Assembly: GCA_944377325.1 (NCBI GenBank)
Contig: CALWEP010000035.1
Location: forward strand, 1 to 43,396
Direction: 5' to 3'
From: an uncultured Lachnospiraceae bacterium
GTDB lineage: Bacteria; Bacillota; Clostridia; Lachnospirales; Lachnospiraceae
DNA: 43,396 nucleotides
In this document: piece after piece, positions 27,498 to 36,237 of the stretch
Position numbering within the stretch: the stretch's first letter is position 1
Layout: the number at the start of each line of letters is the position of its first letter
Notes under the pieces: model-generated
The model's input: the letters and a program-made list of their open reading frames with translations, nothing else
Database searches by the model: none
What the model was told of the DNA's origin: nothing
Made by a program: the position numbers and the translations under genes

Positions 27498-28274
27498 ATG
27501 AAGGTAGTGATACTGGCCGGGGGGTTGGGAACGAGAATCAGTGAGGAGAGCCACCTGAAGCCGAAGCCCATGGTGGAGATCGGAGAAAAGCCCATTCTGT
27601 GGCATATTATGAAGTACTATTCCGCTTTCGGGTTCCATGAGTTTATTATCTGCTGCGGCTACAAGCAGCATGTGATCAAGGAATGGTTCGCGGATTACTA
27701 TCTCCACAACAGCGACGTGACTTTTGATCTGGCCAATAACCGGATGGAGGTTCACAATAACTATTCGGAGCCTTGGAAGGTGACGCTGGTGGACACCGGC
27801 CTGTACACCATGACCGGCGGCAGAATCCGCAGAATTCGGGAGTATGTGAAGGACGAGCCCTTTATGATGACCTACGGAGACGGGGTGTGCGACGTGGATC
27901 TGGAGGCCCTGAAGGCCTATCATGAAAGCCATGGGAAGACGGCTACCATTACCACCGTCAACATCGGTCAGGTGAAAGGGGTTCTGGAGGTGGACGGAAA
28001 CGGCAGCGTGACTTCTTTCCGGGAAAAGGATGAGAGCGACGGCAGTCTGATCAACGGCGGATTCATGGTGCTGAACCCGGAGATCTTCGACTATCTGGAG
28101 GGGGATGACACGATTTTTGAACAGGGACCCATGCAGCGTCTGGCTGCCGAGGGACAGCTGAAGTCCTTCTACCATGACGGCTTCTGGCAGTGCATGGACA
28201 CCCAGAGAGAGATGAAGAAGCTGGAGGAGCTGTGGCAGAGCGGGAAGGCTCCGTGGAAAATCTGGGAGAAATAG
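27498..28274 (+). CDS. rfbF: glucose-1-phosphate cytidylyltransferase
   Basis: ILAGGLGTRISEESHLKPKPMVEIG, TMTGGRI, TYGDG, INGGF, FWQCMDT. Confidence 0.96.
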   Translation: MKVVILAGGLGTRISEESHLKPKPMVEIGEKPILWHIMKYYSAFGFHEFIICCGYKQHVIKEWFADYYLHNSDVTFDLANNRMEVHNNYSEPWKVTLVDTGLYTMTGGRIRRIREYVKDEPFMMTYGDGVCDVDLEALKAYHESHGKTATITTVNIGQVKGVLEVDGNGSVTSFREKDESDGSLINGGFMVLNPEIFDYLEGDDTIFEQGPMQRLAAEGQLKSFYHDGFWQCMDTQREMKKLEELWQSGKAPWKIWEK

Positions 28275-28319
28275 ACGGAGCATTTCCAAGGGAAATCGAA
28301 AGTGCAGGAGGAAAAGGCA

Positions 28320-29375
28320 GTGAATTTACAGGAGTTGGAAGCGTTTTATAAGGGCAAACGGGTGCTGGTTACCGGCCACACGGGCTTTAAGGGCACATGG
28401 CTGTGCCGGATCCTGACTCTGGCGGGAGCCCAGGTAACGGGATATTCCCTGGAGCCCCCTACGGATCCCAGCATATTTGTTCAGACGGGTATGGAACAGA
28501 CCATGAATTCCGTGATCGGGGATATCCGTGATCGGGAGCATCTGAAAGAAGTATTTGACCGGGTTCGGCCGGAGGTGGTGTTCCATCTGGCGGCTCAGCC
28601 CATTGTGCGGGATTCCTACAAGGATCCGGTCTACACTTATGAGACCAATGTGATGGGAACGGTGAATATTCTGGAGTGCGTTCGCCTCACCGGCTCCGTA
28701 AAGTCTTTTCTCAATGTAACCACGGATAAGGTGTATGACAACCGGGAGTGGGAGTACGGATACCGGGAGACCGATCCCCTGGACGGCTATGATCCCTACT
28801 CCAACAGCAAATCCTGTTCGGAGCTGGTGACCCACAGCTACAAAAAATCCTTTTTCCAGGGAGGACGGTGCGCCGTTTCCACCTGCCGGGCCGGCAATGT
28901 GATCGGCGGCGGAGACTATGTCAATGACCGGATCATTCCGGACTGTGTCCGGGCGGTTCAGGCCGGAAAGGAGATCGTACTGAGAAATCCCTATTCCACC
29001 AGGCCTTATCAGCATGTGCTGGAGCCTCTGGCAGTTTATCTGGAGATTGCGGCCAGACAGTATGAGGACAGAAAATATGAGGGATATTATAATGTGGGAC
29101 CGGACGACTGCGACTGCGTGACTACGGGAGAACTGGCGGACCTGTTCTGCAGCAGCTGGGGGGACGCCTCCTGGGTCAGCATCCATGACGGCGGCCCTCA
29201 CGAGGCCAATTTCCTGAAGCTGGACTGCTCCAGGATCAAGGCCGTATTCGGCTGGAAGCCCAGACTTCATGTGGCCGAAGCCGTAAAGATGACCATAGAC
29301 TGGACAAAGGCGGCAGCAGCCGGAGAAAGCCCCCTGGAGGTCACGGACCGGCAGATCCGGGAGTTTTTCCGGTAA
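28320..29375 (+). CDS. rfbG: CDP-glucose 4,6-dehydratase
   Basis: VTGHTGFKGTW, HLAAQP, TTDKVY, YSNSK, RAGNVIGGGD, RPYQHVLEP; GTG 28320 has SD GGAGG (alternative start 28302). Confidence 0.95.
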   Translation: MNLQELEAFYKGKRVLVTGHTGFKGTWLCRILTLAGAQVTGYSLEPPTDPSIFVQTGMEQTMNSVIGDIRDREHLKEVFDRVRPEVVFHLAAQPIVRDSYKDPVYTYETNVMGTVNILECVRLTGSVKSFLNVTTDKVYDNREWEYGYRETDPLDGYDPYSNSKSCSELVTHSYKKSFFQGGRCAVSTCRAGNVIGGGDYVNDRIIPDCVRAVQAGKEIVLRNPYSTRPYQHVLEPLAVYLEIAARQYEDRKYEGYYNVGPDDCDCVTTGELADLFCSSWGDASWVSIHDGGPHEANFLKLDCSRIKAVFGWKPRLHVAEAVKMTIDWTKAAAAGESPLEVTDRQIREFFR

Positions 29376-29397
29376 GAAAGAAAGGAGCAGCAGAGCA

Positions 29398-30738
29398 ATG
29401 TTTGAACATATGACGGAGCAGGAGGCCAGACAGCAGATTCTGGACATGACGGCGGCCTACTGCAGAGAGTATCACAATAAAAAGAAACCCTTTGAGCCGG
29501 GAGACCGGATTTCCTACGCCTCCAGGGTTTATGATGAAAATGAAATGGTAAATCTGGTGGACAGCGCTCTGGAATTCTGGCTGACCTCCGGACGGTATAC
29601 GGATGAATTTGAGAAGAAGCTGGGAGAATATCTGGGAGTGAAATACTGCTCCCTTGTCAATTCCGGCTCTTCCGCCAACCTTCTGGCCTTTATGGCCCTC
29701 ACTTCCCCCCTTCTGGGAGACAGGCAGGTGCATAAGGGGGACGAGGTGATCACCGTGGCGGCCGGATTTCCCACCACCGTCACGCCCATGCTTCAGTACG
29801 GGGCTGTTCCCGTTTTCGTGGATGTGACCATTCCTCAGTACAACATCGATGTCAGTGCGCTGGAACAGGCCCTGTCAGAGAAAACGAAAGCGGTGATGGT
29901 GGCTCATACTCTGGGAAATCCCTTTGACTTGAAGGCGGTGAAGGAGTTCTGCGCCCGTCACGGCCTTTGGCTGGTGGAGGACAACTGCGATGCCCTGGGA
30001 AGCCGCTATACCATCGACGGAGAGACAAGGTTTACGGGAACCATAGGGGATATCGGCACCTCCAGCTTTTATCCGCCCCACCATATGACCATGGGAGAAG
30101 GGGGAGCGGTCTATACGGACAATCCCCTGCTGAATAAGATCATCCGCTCCCTGAGAGACTGGGGAAGGGACTGCGTATGTCCGTCCGGCCGGGACAACCT
30201 CTGCGGCCATCGGTTTGACCGCCAGTACGGAGAGCTTCCTCTGGGATATGACCACAAATATGTATATTCCCATTTCGGATATAATCTGAAGGCCACGGAT
30301 ATGCAGGCAGCCGTCGGCTGTGCCCAGCTGGAAAAATTCCCTTCCTTTGTGGAGAGGAGAAAACATAATTTTGCCAGACTGAGACAGGCCCTTGCTCCGG
30401 CGGAGGATAGGCTGATTCTTCCGGAACCCTGTCCCAATTCTGATCCCAGCTGGTTCGGATTCCTGATCACCTGCAGGGAAGGGGTGGACAGAAATCAGGT
30501 GGTCCAGGAGGTGGAGGCCAAAGGCATCCAGACCAGGATGCTGTTTGCGGGAAACCTGATCAAGCACCCCTGCTTTGACCGGATGCGGGAGGAGAAAACC
30601 GGCTACCGGGTAGTGGGAACGCTGGAAAATACGGACCGGATCATGAAGGATACCTTCTGGGTAGGAGTGTATCCGGGAATGACCGATGAGATGATCGATT
30701 ATATGGCGGCTGCCATCCGGGAAGCCGTGGGACGATAG
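29398..30738 (+). CDS. rfbH: CDP-4-keto-6-deoxy-D-glucose 3-dehydrase (E1, DdhC)
   Basis: NSGSSANL, AGFPTT, EDNCDALG, SFYPPHHMTMGEGG (His at the PLP-Lys position), DWGRDCVC..DNLC Fe-S cysteines, YDHKY. Confidence 0.95.
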   Translation: MFEHMTEQEARQQILDMTAAYCREYHNKKKPFEPGDRISYASRVYDENEMVNLVDSALEFWLTSGRYTDEFEKKLGEYLGVKYCSLVNSGSSANLLAFMALTSPLLGDRQVHKGDEVITVAAGFPTTVTPMLQYGAVPVFVDVTIPQYNIDVSALEQALSEKTKAVMVAHTLGNPFDLKAVKEFCARHGLWLVEDNCDALGSRYTIDGETRFTGTIGDIGTSSFYPPHHMTMGEGGAVYTDNPLLNKIIRSLRDWGRDCVCPSGRDNLCGHRFDRQYGELPLGYDHKYVYSHFGYNLKATDMQAAVGCAQLEKFPSFVERRKHNFARLRQALAPAEDRLILPEPCPNSDPSWFGFLITCREGVDRNQVVQEVEAKGIQTRMLFAGNLIKHPCFDRMREEKTGYRVVGTLENTDRIMKDTFWVGVYPGMTDEMIDYMAAAIREAVGR

Positions 30739-30748
30739 GAGCGGGACC

Positions 30749-31588
30749 ATGGAAGGATACGGACTGGAAAAGGTCCATGAGGCCAATCTGAAGATTCTGG
30801 ATGAGGTGGACCGGATCTGCAGAAAATATAAGATCCGGTATATGCTGGATGCGGGAACGCTCCTGGGCGCCGTAAGACATAAGGGCTTTATTCCCTGGGA
30901 TGACGACGTGGACATTATCTTTACCAGGAGTCAGTACGAAGCGTTCATGAAGGTGGCGGCGAGAGAGCTTCCGGAAACCATGGAGCTGATGGATTACAGA
31001 AGTCTGCACGGGGGCAGAGGGTTCTACGATTTCACATCCCGGATTCTTTACCTGCCCAGCAGGAAGCATGAGGACGGGCCGGAGATGGAGTTTTATGACG
31101 GAAAGCTGAACCATCTGTGGGTGGATCTTTTCATTCTGGACGAGCTGCCGGAGGGAGCCGCTGCCGCTGCCGCAGTGCGGGGCCTGCAGACCCTTCTTTA
31201 CGGGCTGGCCATGGGACACAGATATGAGCTGGATCTGTCCCGGTATAAGGGGGCTTCCCGGCTGGCTGTGGCCGTTTTGTCGGCTGTGGGGCGGCGTCTG
31301 CCCATGAAGCGGATCTTCGCCTGGCAGAGACGGCTGTCCCTGCTTTTCAACAGCGGGAAGCACAGCCGCTATTATGCCAGCAACTACCAGCCGGACTTTC
31401 TTTATGTGACCATAGAGCGAGACTGGGCGGACCGGACCGGCGAAGTGGAGTTTGAAGGGAGAATGCTCCTGGCTCCCTCCGATCCGGACAAGGTGCTTAC
31501 GGTGCTGTACGGGGATTACGGAAAGCTGCCTCCCGAGGAGCAGCGGGTGCCGTCCCATTCCAGCATGGAAATTAAGATATACAGGTGA
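30749..31588 (+). CDS. licD: LicD-family phosphotransferase (2)
   Basis: GTLLGAVRHKGFIPWDDDVD, WVDLFILD, YGDYGKLPPEEQR.P.H. Confidence 0.9.
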   Translation: MEGYGLEKVHEANLKILDEVDRICRKYKIRYMLDAGTLLGAVRHKGFIPWDDDVDIIFTRSQYEAFMKVAARELPETMELMDYRSLHGGRGFYDFTSRILYLPSRKHEDGPEMEFYDGKLNHLWVDLFILDELPEGAAAAAAVRGLQTLLYGLAMGHRYELDLSRYKGASRLAVAVLSAVGRRLPMKRIFAWQRRLSLLFNSGKHSRYYASNYQPDFLYVTIERDWADRTGEVEFEGRMLLAPSDPDKVLTVLYGDYGKLPPEEQRVPSHSSMEIKIYR

Positions 31589-31598
31589 TGAGAACAAG

Positions 31599-32567
31599 AT
31601 GAAAACAGTGACCGTGGTGGTGTCTGTCTATAATGAGGAGCAGGCGCTGCCGGAATTTTATCAGGCTGTGAAACAGGTGCTGGACCGGCTTTCCTGGGAC
31701 TATGAGCTGCTGTTTGTAAATGACGGGAGCCGGGACGGAAGCCTTTCCCTGCTGGAGCGTCTGGCCGGGCAGGACGAGCGGGTAAAAGTCGTTTCCTTTT
31801 CCCGGAATTTCGGCCATGAGGCGGCTATGATCGCCGGGCTGGACTACAGCAGCGGAGACATGGTGATCTGCATGGACGCGGATCTGCAGCATCCTCCGGA
31901 GTGTATTCCGGCCATTCTTCAGGCAGCGGAAGAGGGGTTTGACGTGATCAATATGGTCCGCACGAAAAATCGCTCCGCAGGCTGGATCAAGGAGTTTACT
32001 TCCGCGGCCTTTTACCGGCTGATCAACCTGCTGTCCGATGTGGAATTTGAGGCCAACGCTTCGGACTTCTTCGGTGTGAGCAGGAAAGTGGCGGAAGTGC
32101 TCCGGAGCAGCTACCGGGAAAAGGTGCGGTTTCTGCGGGGATATGTGCAGAATGTGGGCTTCCGAAAGAAGAACCTGGAATACGAAGCGGGAGTGCGGGT
32201 GGCGGGAGAAAGCAAGTACAGCATCAGAAAGCTCTTTGCCTTTGCGGTGAATACCATTCTCTGTTTTTCCAATCTGCCGCTGAAGCTGGGGATCTATGCA
32301 GGGATCTTTTCCGGGGCTCTGGGCTTTGCCGTAATGATTTATACCATCTGGACCTGGGTCCGGGTGGGAACGCCGGACGGATATGCGACGATCGTAGTGC
32401 TGATCTGCTTCATGTTTGCCATGCTGTTCCTCATTGTAGGGATCATCGGAGAATATATTGCCATTCTGTTTGCGGAGCTGAAGGACCGTCCGATCTATAT
32501 TGTGGATAAAACAGAGAATATTCACCAAAACCGGGCCATCGAATCCGAAGGAAATTTGACAAAATAG
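31599..32567 (+). CDS. GtrB/YkoT-like undecaprenyl-phosphate glycosyltransferase (GT2 + 2 TM)
   Basis: VYNEE, NDGSRD, SRNFGHEAA, DADLQHPP, two C-terminal TMs, GEYI...RPIYIV; start 31599. Confidence 0.9.
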   Translation: MKTVTVVVSVYNEEQALPEFYQAVKQVLDRLSWDYELLFVNDGSRDGSLSLLERLAGQDERVKVVSFSRNFGHEAAMIAGLDYSSGDMVICMDADLQHPPECIPAILQAAEEGFDVINMVRTKNRSAGWIKEFTSAAFYRLINLLSDVEFEANASDFFGVSRKVAEVLRSSYREKVRFLRGYVQNVGFRKKNLEYEAGVRVAGESKYSIRKLFAFAVNTILCFSNLPLKLGIYAGIFSGALGFAVMIYTIWTWVRVGTPDGYATIVVLICFMFAMLFLIVGIIGEYIAILFAELKDRPIYIVDKTENIHQNRAIESEGNLTK

Positions 32568-32625
32568 GCAACAAATCGACCTAATTCCCCGTCTTTATCT
32601 ACTAGACTATTGGTAGAAAGGGGGG

Positions 32626-32874
32626 ATGAAGCAGATGACAGTCAGCGAAGCCACCAGAGAAAGGATCAGGGAGCTTTGCGAGGAACGGAACATCACGGAA
32701 TATATGCTGATTTATAATGCAGGGATGCCTCCTTCCACTGTAAAAAGCATAATCAGCGGCAGAAGCAGAAATCCGGGGATTACAAATATCAAAAGAATCA
32801 CGGAAGGACTGGGAGTTTCTCTCCGGGAATTTTACGATTCCGAGGTATTTGAGGACCTGGAGCAGGAGGACTGA
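32626..32874 (+). CDS. XRE-family helix-turn-helix regulator
   Basis: 82 aa; RIRELCEERNIT...GMPPSTVKSIISGRSRNP...LGVSLREFY. Confidence 0.85.
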   Translation: MKQMTVSEATRERIRELCEERNITEYMLIYNAGMPPSTVKSIISGRSRNPGITNIKRITEGLGVSLREFYDSEVFEDLEQED

Positions 32875-32887
32875 AGAAGGGGAGAAG

Positions 32888-32955
32888 AAAAAAGAGAAAG
32901 AGGATATTCTGCCGGCCGCCATAGGCTTTCGGGATATCCTCTTTCTCTTTTGGCT
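32888..32955. terminator. long bidirectional hairpin between convergent XRE and BCCT genes
   Basis: Perfect 18-bp inverted repeat aaaagagaaagaggatat (32890-32907) / atatcctctttctctttt (32934-32951). Confidence 0.75.
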
Positions 32956-32956
32956 G

Positions 32957-34468
32957 TTATTTTTTTTCGCCTTCCTTCAGATAGTCGGAGGCGTCTTTGA
33001 AAAAGCTGGCGATGATCAGCAGGATCACAAAGCCGATGGGGAAGGCGGCTATGATGGACACCGTCTGAAGATTGGCCATGGAGCTGTCGGAAAAGATCAG
33101 GGCCACGGGAAGCAGCATAAGCAGCAGGGACCAGAACAGCTTTACCTTCCGGTCCGGCTCCTCGTCAGCGGAAAGGGTGCGGTAGGAGTAGGCGGAAGCT
33201 ACCACCGCCAGAGCGTCAAAGGAGGTGGCGTAGAAGGTGATCATGGTCAGAGCCAGCAGAATCAGCACCAATGCCGGCAGGGGAAGCGTTTCCAGAATGG
33301 CCAGAATGGACCGGTACAGATCCCCGGTGGACTGATAGATGGCCATCACATCCAGCTTTCCCTTCATCTGAAGGCCCAGGCCGTAGTTGCCGAGAATGAT
33401 GAAGGAGGTAAAAGTGCCGGCCAGTCCCCAGAAATATCCCCCTAGGACCGTCTGACGGATAGTTCTTCCTTTGCTGATGGAGCCGATGAAAAACGGGGCA
33501 GCCACACACCACACCATCCAGTAGGCCCAGTAAAAGATGGTCCAGTTCTGCGGAAAGGAGGAGGTGCGCAGGGCGTCGGTCCAGGTGGACATGGTAAGGA
33601 AGTTCTCAGTCAGAGAGCCGAGAGCGGAAAAGCCGGTTTCCACAATGTACTTTGCCTCGCCGCCGCCGAAAAATACGTACAGAAGCAGGACAAAAAACAG
33701 ATAAATGCAGGAGGCGGCCAGCTTTGCGATTCCCTGCATTCCGAAATAGATGGCTGTGGTATAGGTGATGCAGGTGATCAGCAGAATTCCTACGGTGAGA
33801 AGATTGCTCTGCGGAATATGGAGCACATGGCTTACTGCCAGAGAGAGCAGAGGAGTGGCCAGGGAAAAGGTAGTGGCAGTGCCTGCCAGCAGGGCAAAAA
33901 GTGCCAGCAAATCGATGAGCTTTCCCAAAAGACCGTCGGTGCGCTTCCCGAGAATAGGGCGGCAGGCCTCCGAATATTTCTGCTTATTTCGGCTGCGCAC
34001 ATGGAGCATAAAGCCGAAGGCCACCGCCAGAGTCATGTAAAAGCTCCAGGGAATCGGTCCCCAGTGGAACAGAGGAAATACAGAGGCCCAGTCCTGGATG
34101 CCGCCCAGATCCGCAATGTGAGGCTCGGCCGCGTAGAGCATCCATTCGCAGAGGGAGTAAAACAGGATATCAGCCGCCAGACCGGCGGTGAACATCATGG
34201 AACCCCAGCGGAAATTGGAGTACAGCGGCTTTTCCAGATTGCCCAGGCGGATGGAGCCGTATTTGGAAAAGGCAATGTAGAGAGAACATCCGAATACTCC
34301 CAGTCCGATCATCAGATAGTAGACGCCGAAGGTATCTCCCAGAAAGAAGCGGATGGATTCCAGAGTGTGGGCGGAACCCTCCGGGGAGGCCAGGAACATG
34401 GCGCACAGAAGGAGAACGGATAAAAAGGGAATCAGGGTAACAGGCCAGTCAATACGTTTCGACAGCAT
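32957..34468 (-). CDS. BCCT-family (betaine/carnitine/choline) transporter
   Basis: SKYGSIRLG, WGSMMFTAG, FHWGPIPW, aromatic box WTIFYWAYWMVW, SISKGRTIR, NLQTVSIIAAFP; start moved to 34468 behind SD AAGGAGG. Confidence 0.92.
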   Translation of the reverse strand: MLSKRIDWPVTLIPFLSVLLLCAMFLASPEGSAHTLESIRFFLGDTFGVYYLMIGLGVFGCSLYIAFSKYGSIRLGNLEKPLYSNFRWGSMMFTAGLAADILFYSLCEWMLYAAEPHIADLGGIQDWASVFPLFHWGPIPWSFYMTLAVAFGFMLHVRSRNKQKYSEACRPILGKRTDGLLGKLIDLLALFALLAGTATTFSLATPLLSLAVSHVLHIPQSNLLTVGILLITCITYTTAIYFGMQGIAKLAASCIYLFFVLLLYVFFGGGEAKYIVETGFSALGSLTENFLTMSTWTDALRTSSFPQNWTIFYWAYWMVWCVAAPFFIGSISKGRTIRQTVLGGYFWGLAGTFTSFIILGNYGLGLQMKGKLDVMAIYQSTGDLYRSILAILETLPLPALVLILLALTMITFYATSFDALAVVASAYSYRTLSADEEPDRKVKLFWSLLLMLLPVALIFSDSSMANLQTVSIIAAFPIGFVILLIIASFFKDASDYLKEGEKK

Positions 34469-34518
34469 AGCAGCCTCCTTTTTGTTCAAAAAAATTAAAA
34501 ATAAAAATATATTGAACA

Positions 34519-34546
34519 TATTATCATTCTGCCGGGGAAAAATCAA
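34519..34546 (-). promoter_or_regulatory. sigma-A-like promoter for the BCCT transporter
   Basis: minus strand TTGATT N17 TAATAT with extended TG. Confidence 0.5.
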
Positions 34547-34644
34547 GGGGAAAATGTGAAGATTTTCTGACTTTTTTTGAAAACCCCTATAAAAAAACCG
34601 GGACATCCGATATAATACTAGAGCAGAAAAAGGAGGAATATCAG

Positions 34645-35229
34645 ATGAAGAAAATACTCATTGCCGCAGGCTGCTGCGCCATGCTTTTAAGCGGCTGTAC
34701 GGAGAGCAATATTGTAAAGCCGGAGAACGCGCCCGTAGTTCCGGAAACAGGAGTTGTGGAAGGGATTCAGATTGACTGGAGTCAGGTGCAGGACGAGCTG
34801 GACGAGGAGTTTGTAGGTTCGGAGGAGTATCCTTACGGAGTAAATATAGATTTCTATGTGGAAGATGAGAACGCCTATGTGATGGTGACCGTTCAGGACG
34901 GAGTGACCAAGGAAGAGGCGGCCAAATACGCTACGGCCATTATCAAGGGCCTGAATGCCAGCGTGGCCATGCAGGATTTCTCCTACCAGGACGACGGAAC
35001 CAGCCTGTACGGAAAGTTTTCCAAGGAAAACGTGGTGTGGATCTACGTAATGCCGGAGAGCACTGTGGATGACGAAAGCACCTGGCTGGTAGATGATGCC
35101 ATTGTGCCGGCTCAGCAGAGAGAGGTAGAGCCGAACTACACCTCTGCGGAGTGGGAGACTGCCGACTGGAGCGAGACGGCTGCCTTCGAGCTTCCGGCTC
35201 CGGAGACGGAAGCCGATTCTGCGGAGTAG
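34645..35229 (+). CDS. acidic lipoprotein of unknown function
   Basis: MKK + hydrophobic stretch + lipobox LSGC; SD AGGAGG; TATAAT at 34611. Confidence 0.8.
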   Translation: MKKILIAAGCCAMLLSGCTESNIVKPENAPVVPETGVVEGIQIDWSQVQDELDEEFVGSEEYPYGVNIDFYVEDENAYVMVTVQDGVTKEEAAKYATAIIKGLNASVAMQDFSYQDDGTSLYGKFSKENVVWIYVMPESTVDDESTWLVDDAIVPAQQREVEPNYTSAEWETADWSETAAFELPAPETEADSAE

Positions 35230-35233
35230 AATT

Positions 35234-36235
35234 ATGAGGGAGCGCAGCGGAATCTGCGGTCTGGTACTGGCTGTTATGGTCCTGCTGCTTTTAACCGGCA
35301 TAAAGCCGCAGGAGGACTATGAGGATCTGCCGGACCGGCCGGAGATAAGAAAAAGCGGAATTGAAATGATCCGGATGAGCGAGGATACCCCGGAAGCTGT
35401 TTCTGCGGAGGAGGAAAGGCTTTTCGCAGGCGGCGAGCTGAGGCTTTTGGCCAATCAGAGCGCCAGCCAGATGCTTTCCTCCGTCATCCGGACAAAAGAC
35501 GGCCATGTGATTGTGGTGGACGGCGGAACGCCTGCGGACGCCGATCATCTGGTGGAAACGGTACAGTCCATGGGAGGCCGGGTGGATGCCTGGCTGGTGA
35601 CCCACCTTCACAATGACCACATAGGCGCCCTGACGGCTATCCTGAATATGGATCAGCCTCCTTTGGAAATTGAGAATATCTATTATTCCATTGCGGATCT
35701 GAGCTGGTATTATGAGAAGGATCCCACCAGAGCGGATACGGCGGCAGTTTTTATAAAAGCCCTGGAATCGGTTCCGGAGGAGAAGAAGCACGGGGATATT
35801 CGGAAAGGAACGGAGATTGCCGTGGGGGATGCCACGGTTACGGTGATGAACAGAAGATACCTGTTCGACCATGACAGTGGAAATAATGCATCCGTAGCCT
35901 ATACCGTATGCCTGAACGGAGTTTATATTGTGTATACGGGAGATATGGGGCAGGAAGCGGCAGCCCGGCTGATTCAGGACTGGGACACCAGAGAACTGAA
36001 ATGCGATATCATACAGATGGCCCATCACGGACAGGGAGGGGCGGATCAGGACTTTTACCGGATTATGCGTCCGAAAATCTGCCTGTGGCCTACTCCCCAG
36101 TGGTTATGGGACAATGACAACGGCGGCGGTCCGGGCAGCGGAAGCTGGCTGACGGCCACCACCAGAAAATGGATGGAGGACCTGGGCGTCACCCGTCACT
36201 ACTGCATTAAGGACGGAGACCAGATCCTCCTGTAG
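35234..36235 (+). CDS. membrane-anchored metallo-beta-lactamase-fold hydrolase (ComEC/Pce subgroup)
   Basis: N-terminal TM; VVDGG, THLHNDHIG (HxHxDH), NNAS, YTGD, MAHHG. Confidence 0.85.
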   Translation: MRERSGICGLVLAVMVLLLLTGIKPQEDYEDLPDRPEIRKSGIEMIRMSEDTPEAVSAEEERLFAGGELRLLANQSASQMLSSVIRTKDGHVIVVDGGTPADADHLVETVQSMGGRVDAWLVTHLHNDHIGALTAILNMDQPPLEIENIYYSIADLSWYYEKDPTRADTAAVFIKALESVPEEKKHGDIRKGTEIAVGDATVTVMNRRYLFDHDSGNNASVAYTVCLNGVYIVYTGDMGQEAAARLIQDWDTRELKCDIIQMAHHGQGGADQDFYRIMRPKICLWPTPQWLWDNDNGGGPGSGSWLTATTRKWMEDLGVTRHYCIKDGDQILL

Positions 36236-36237
36236 AA

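Noticed and set aside
22790-28289. Very long antisense ORFs (924 aa at 22790-25564, 887 aa at 25626-28289) and similar ones elsewhere (e.g. 17816-19501, 780-1859)
   Set aside because: They mirror well-supported genes, have no recognisable motifs, and are expected from GC-rich codon usage that suppresses antisense stop codons
32626-32874. XRE gene as a prophage or ICE remnant
   Set aside because: No integrase, att-like repeats or other mobile genes adjacent
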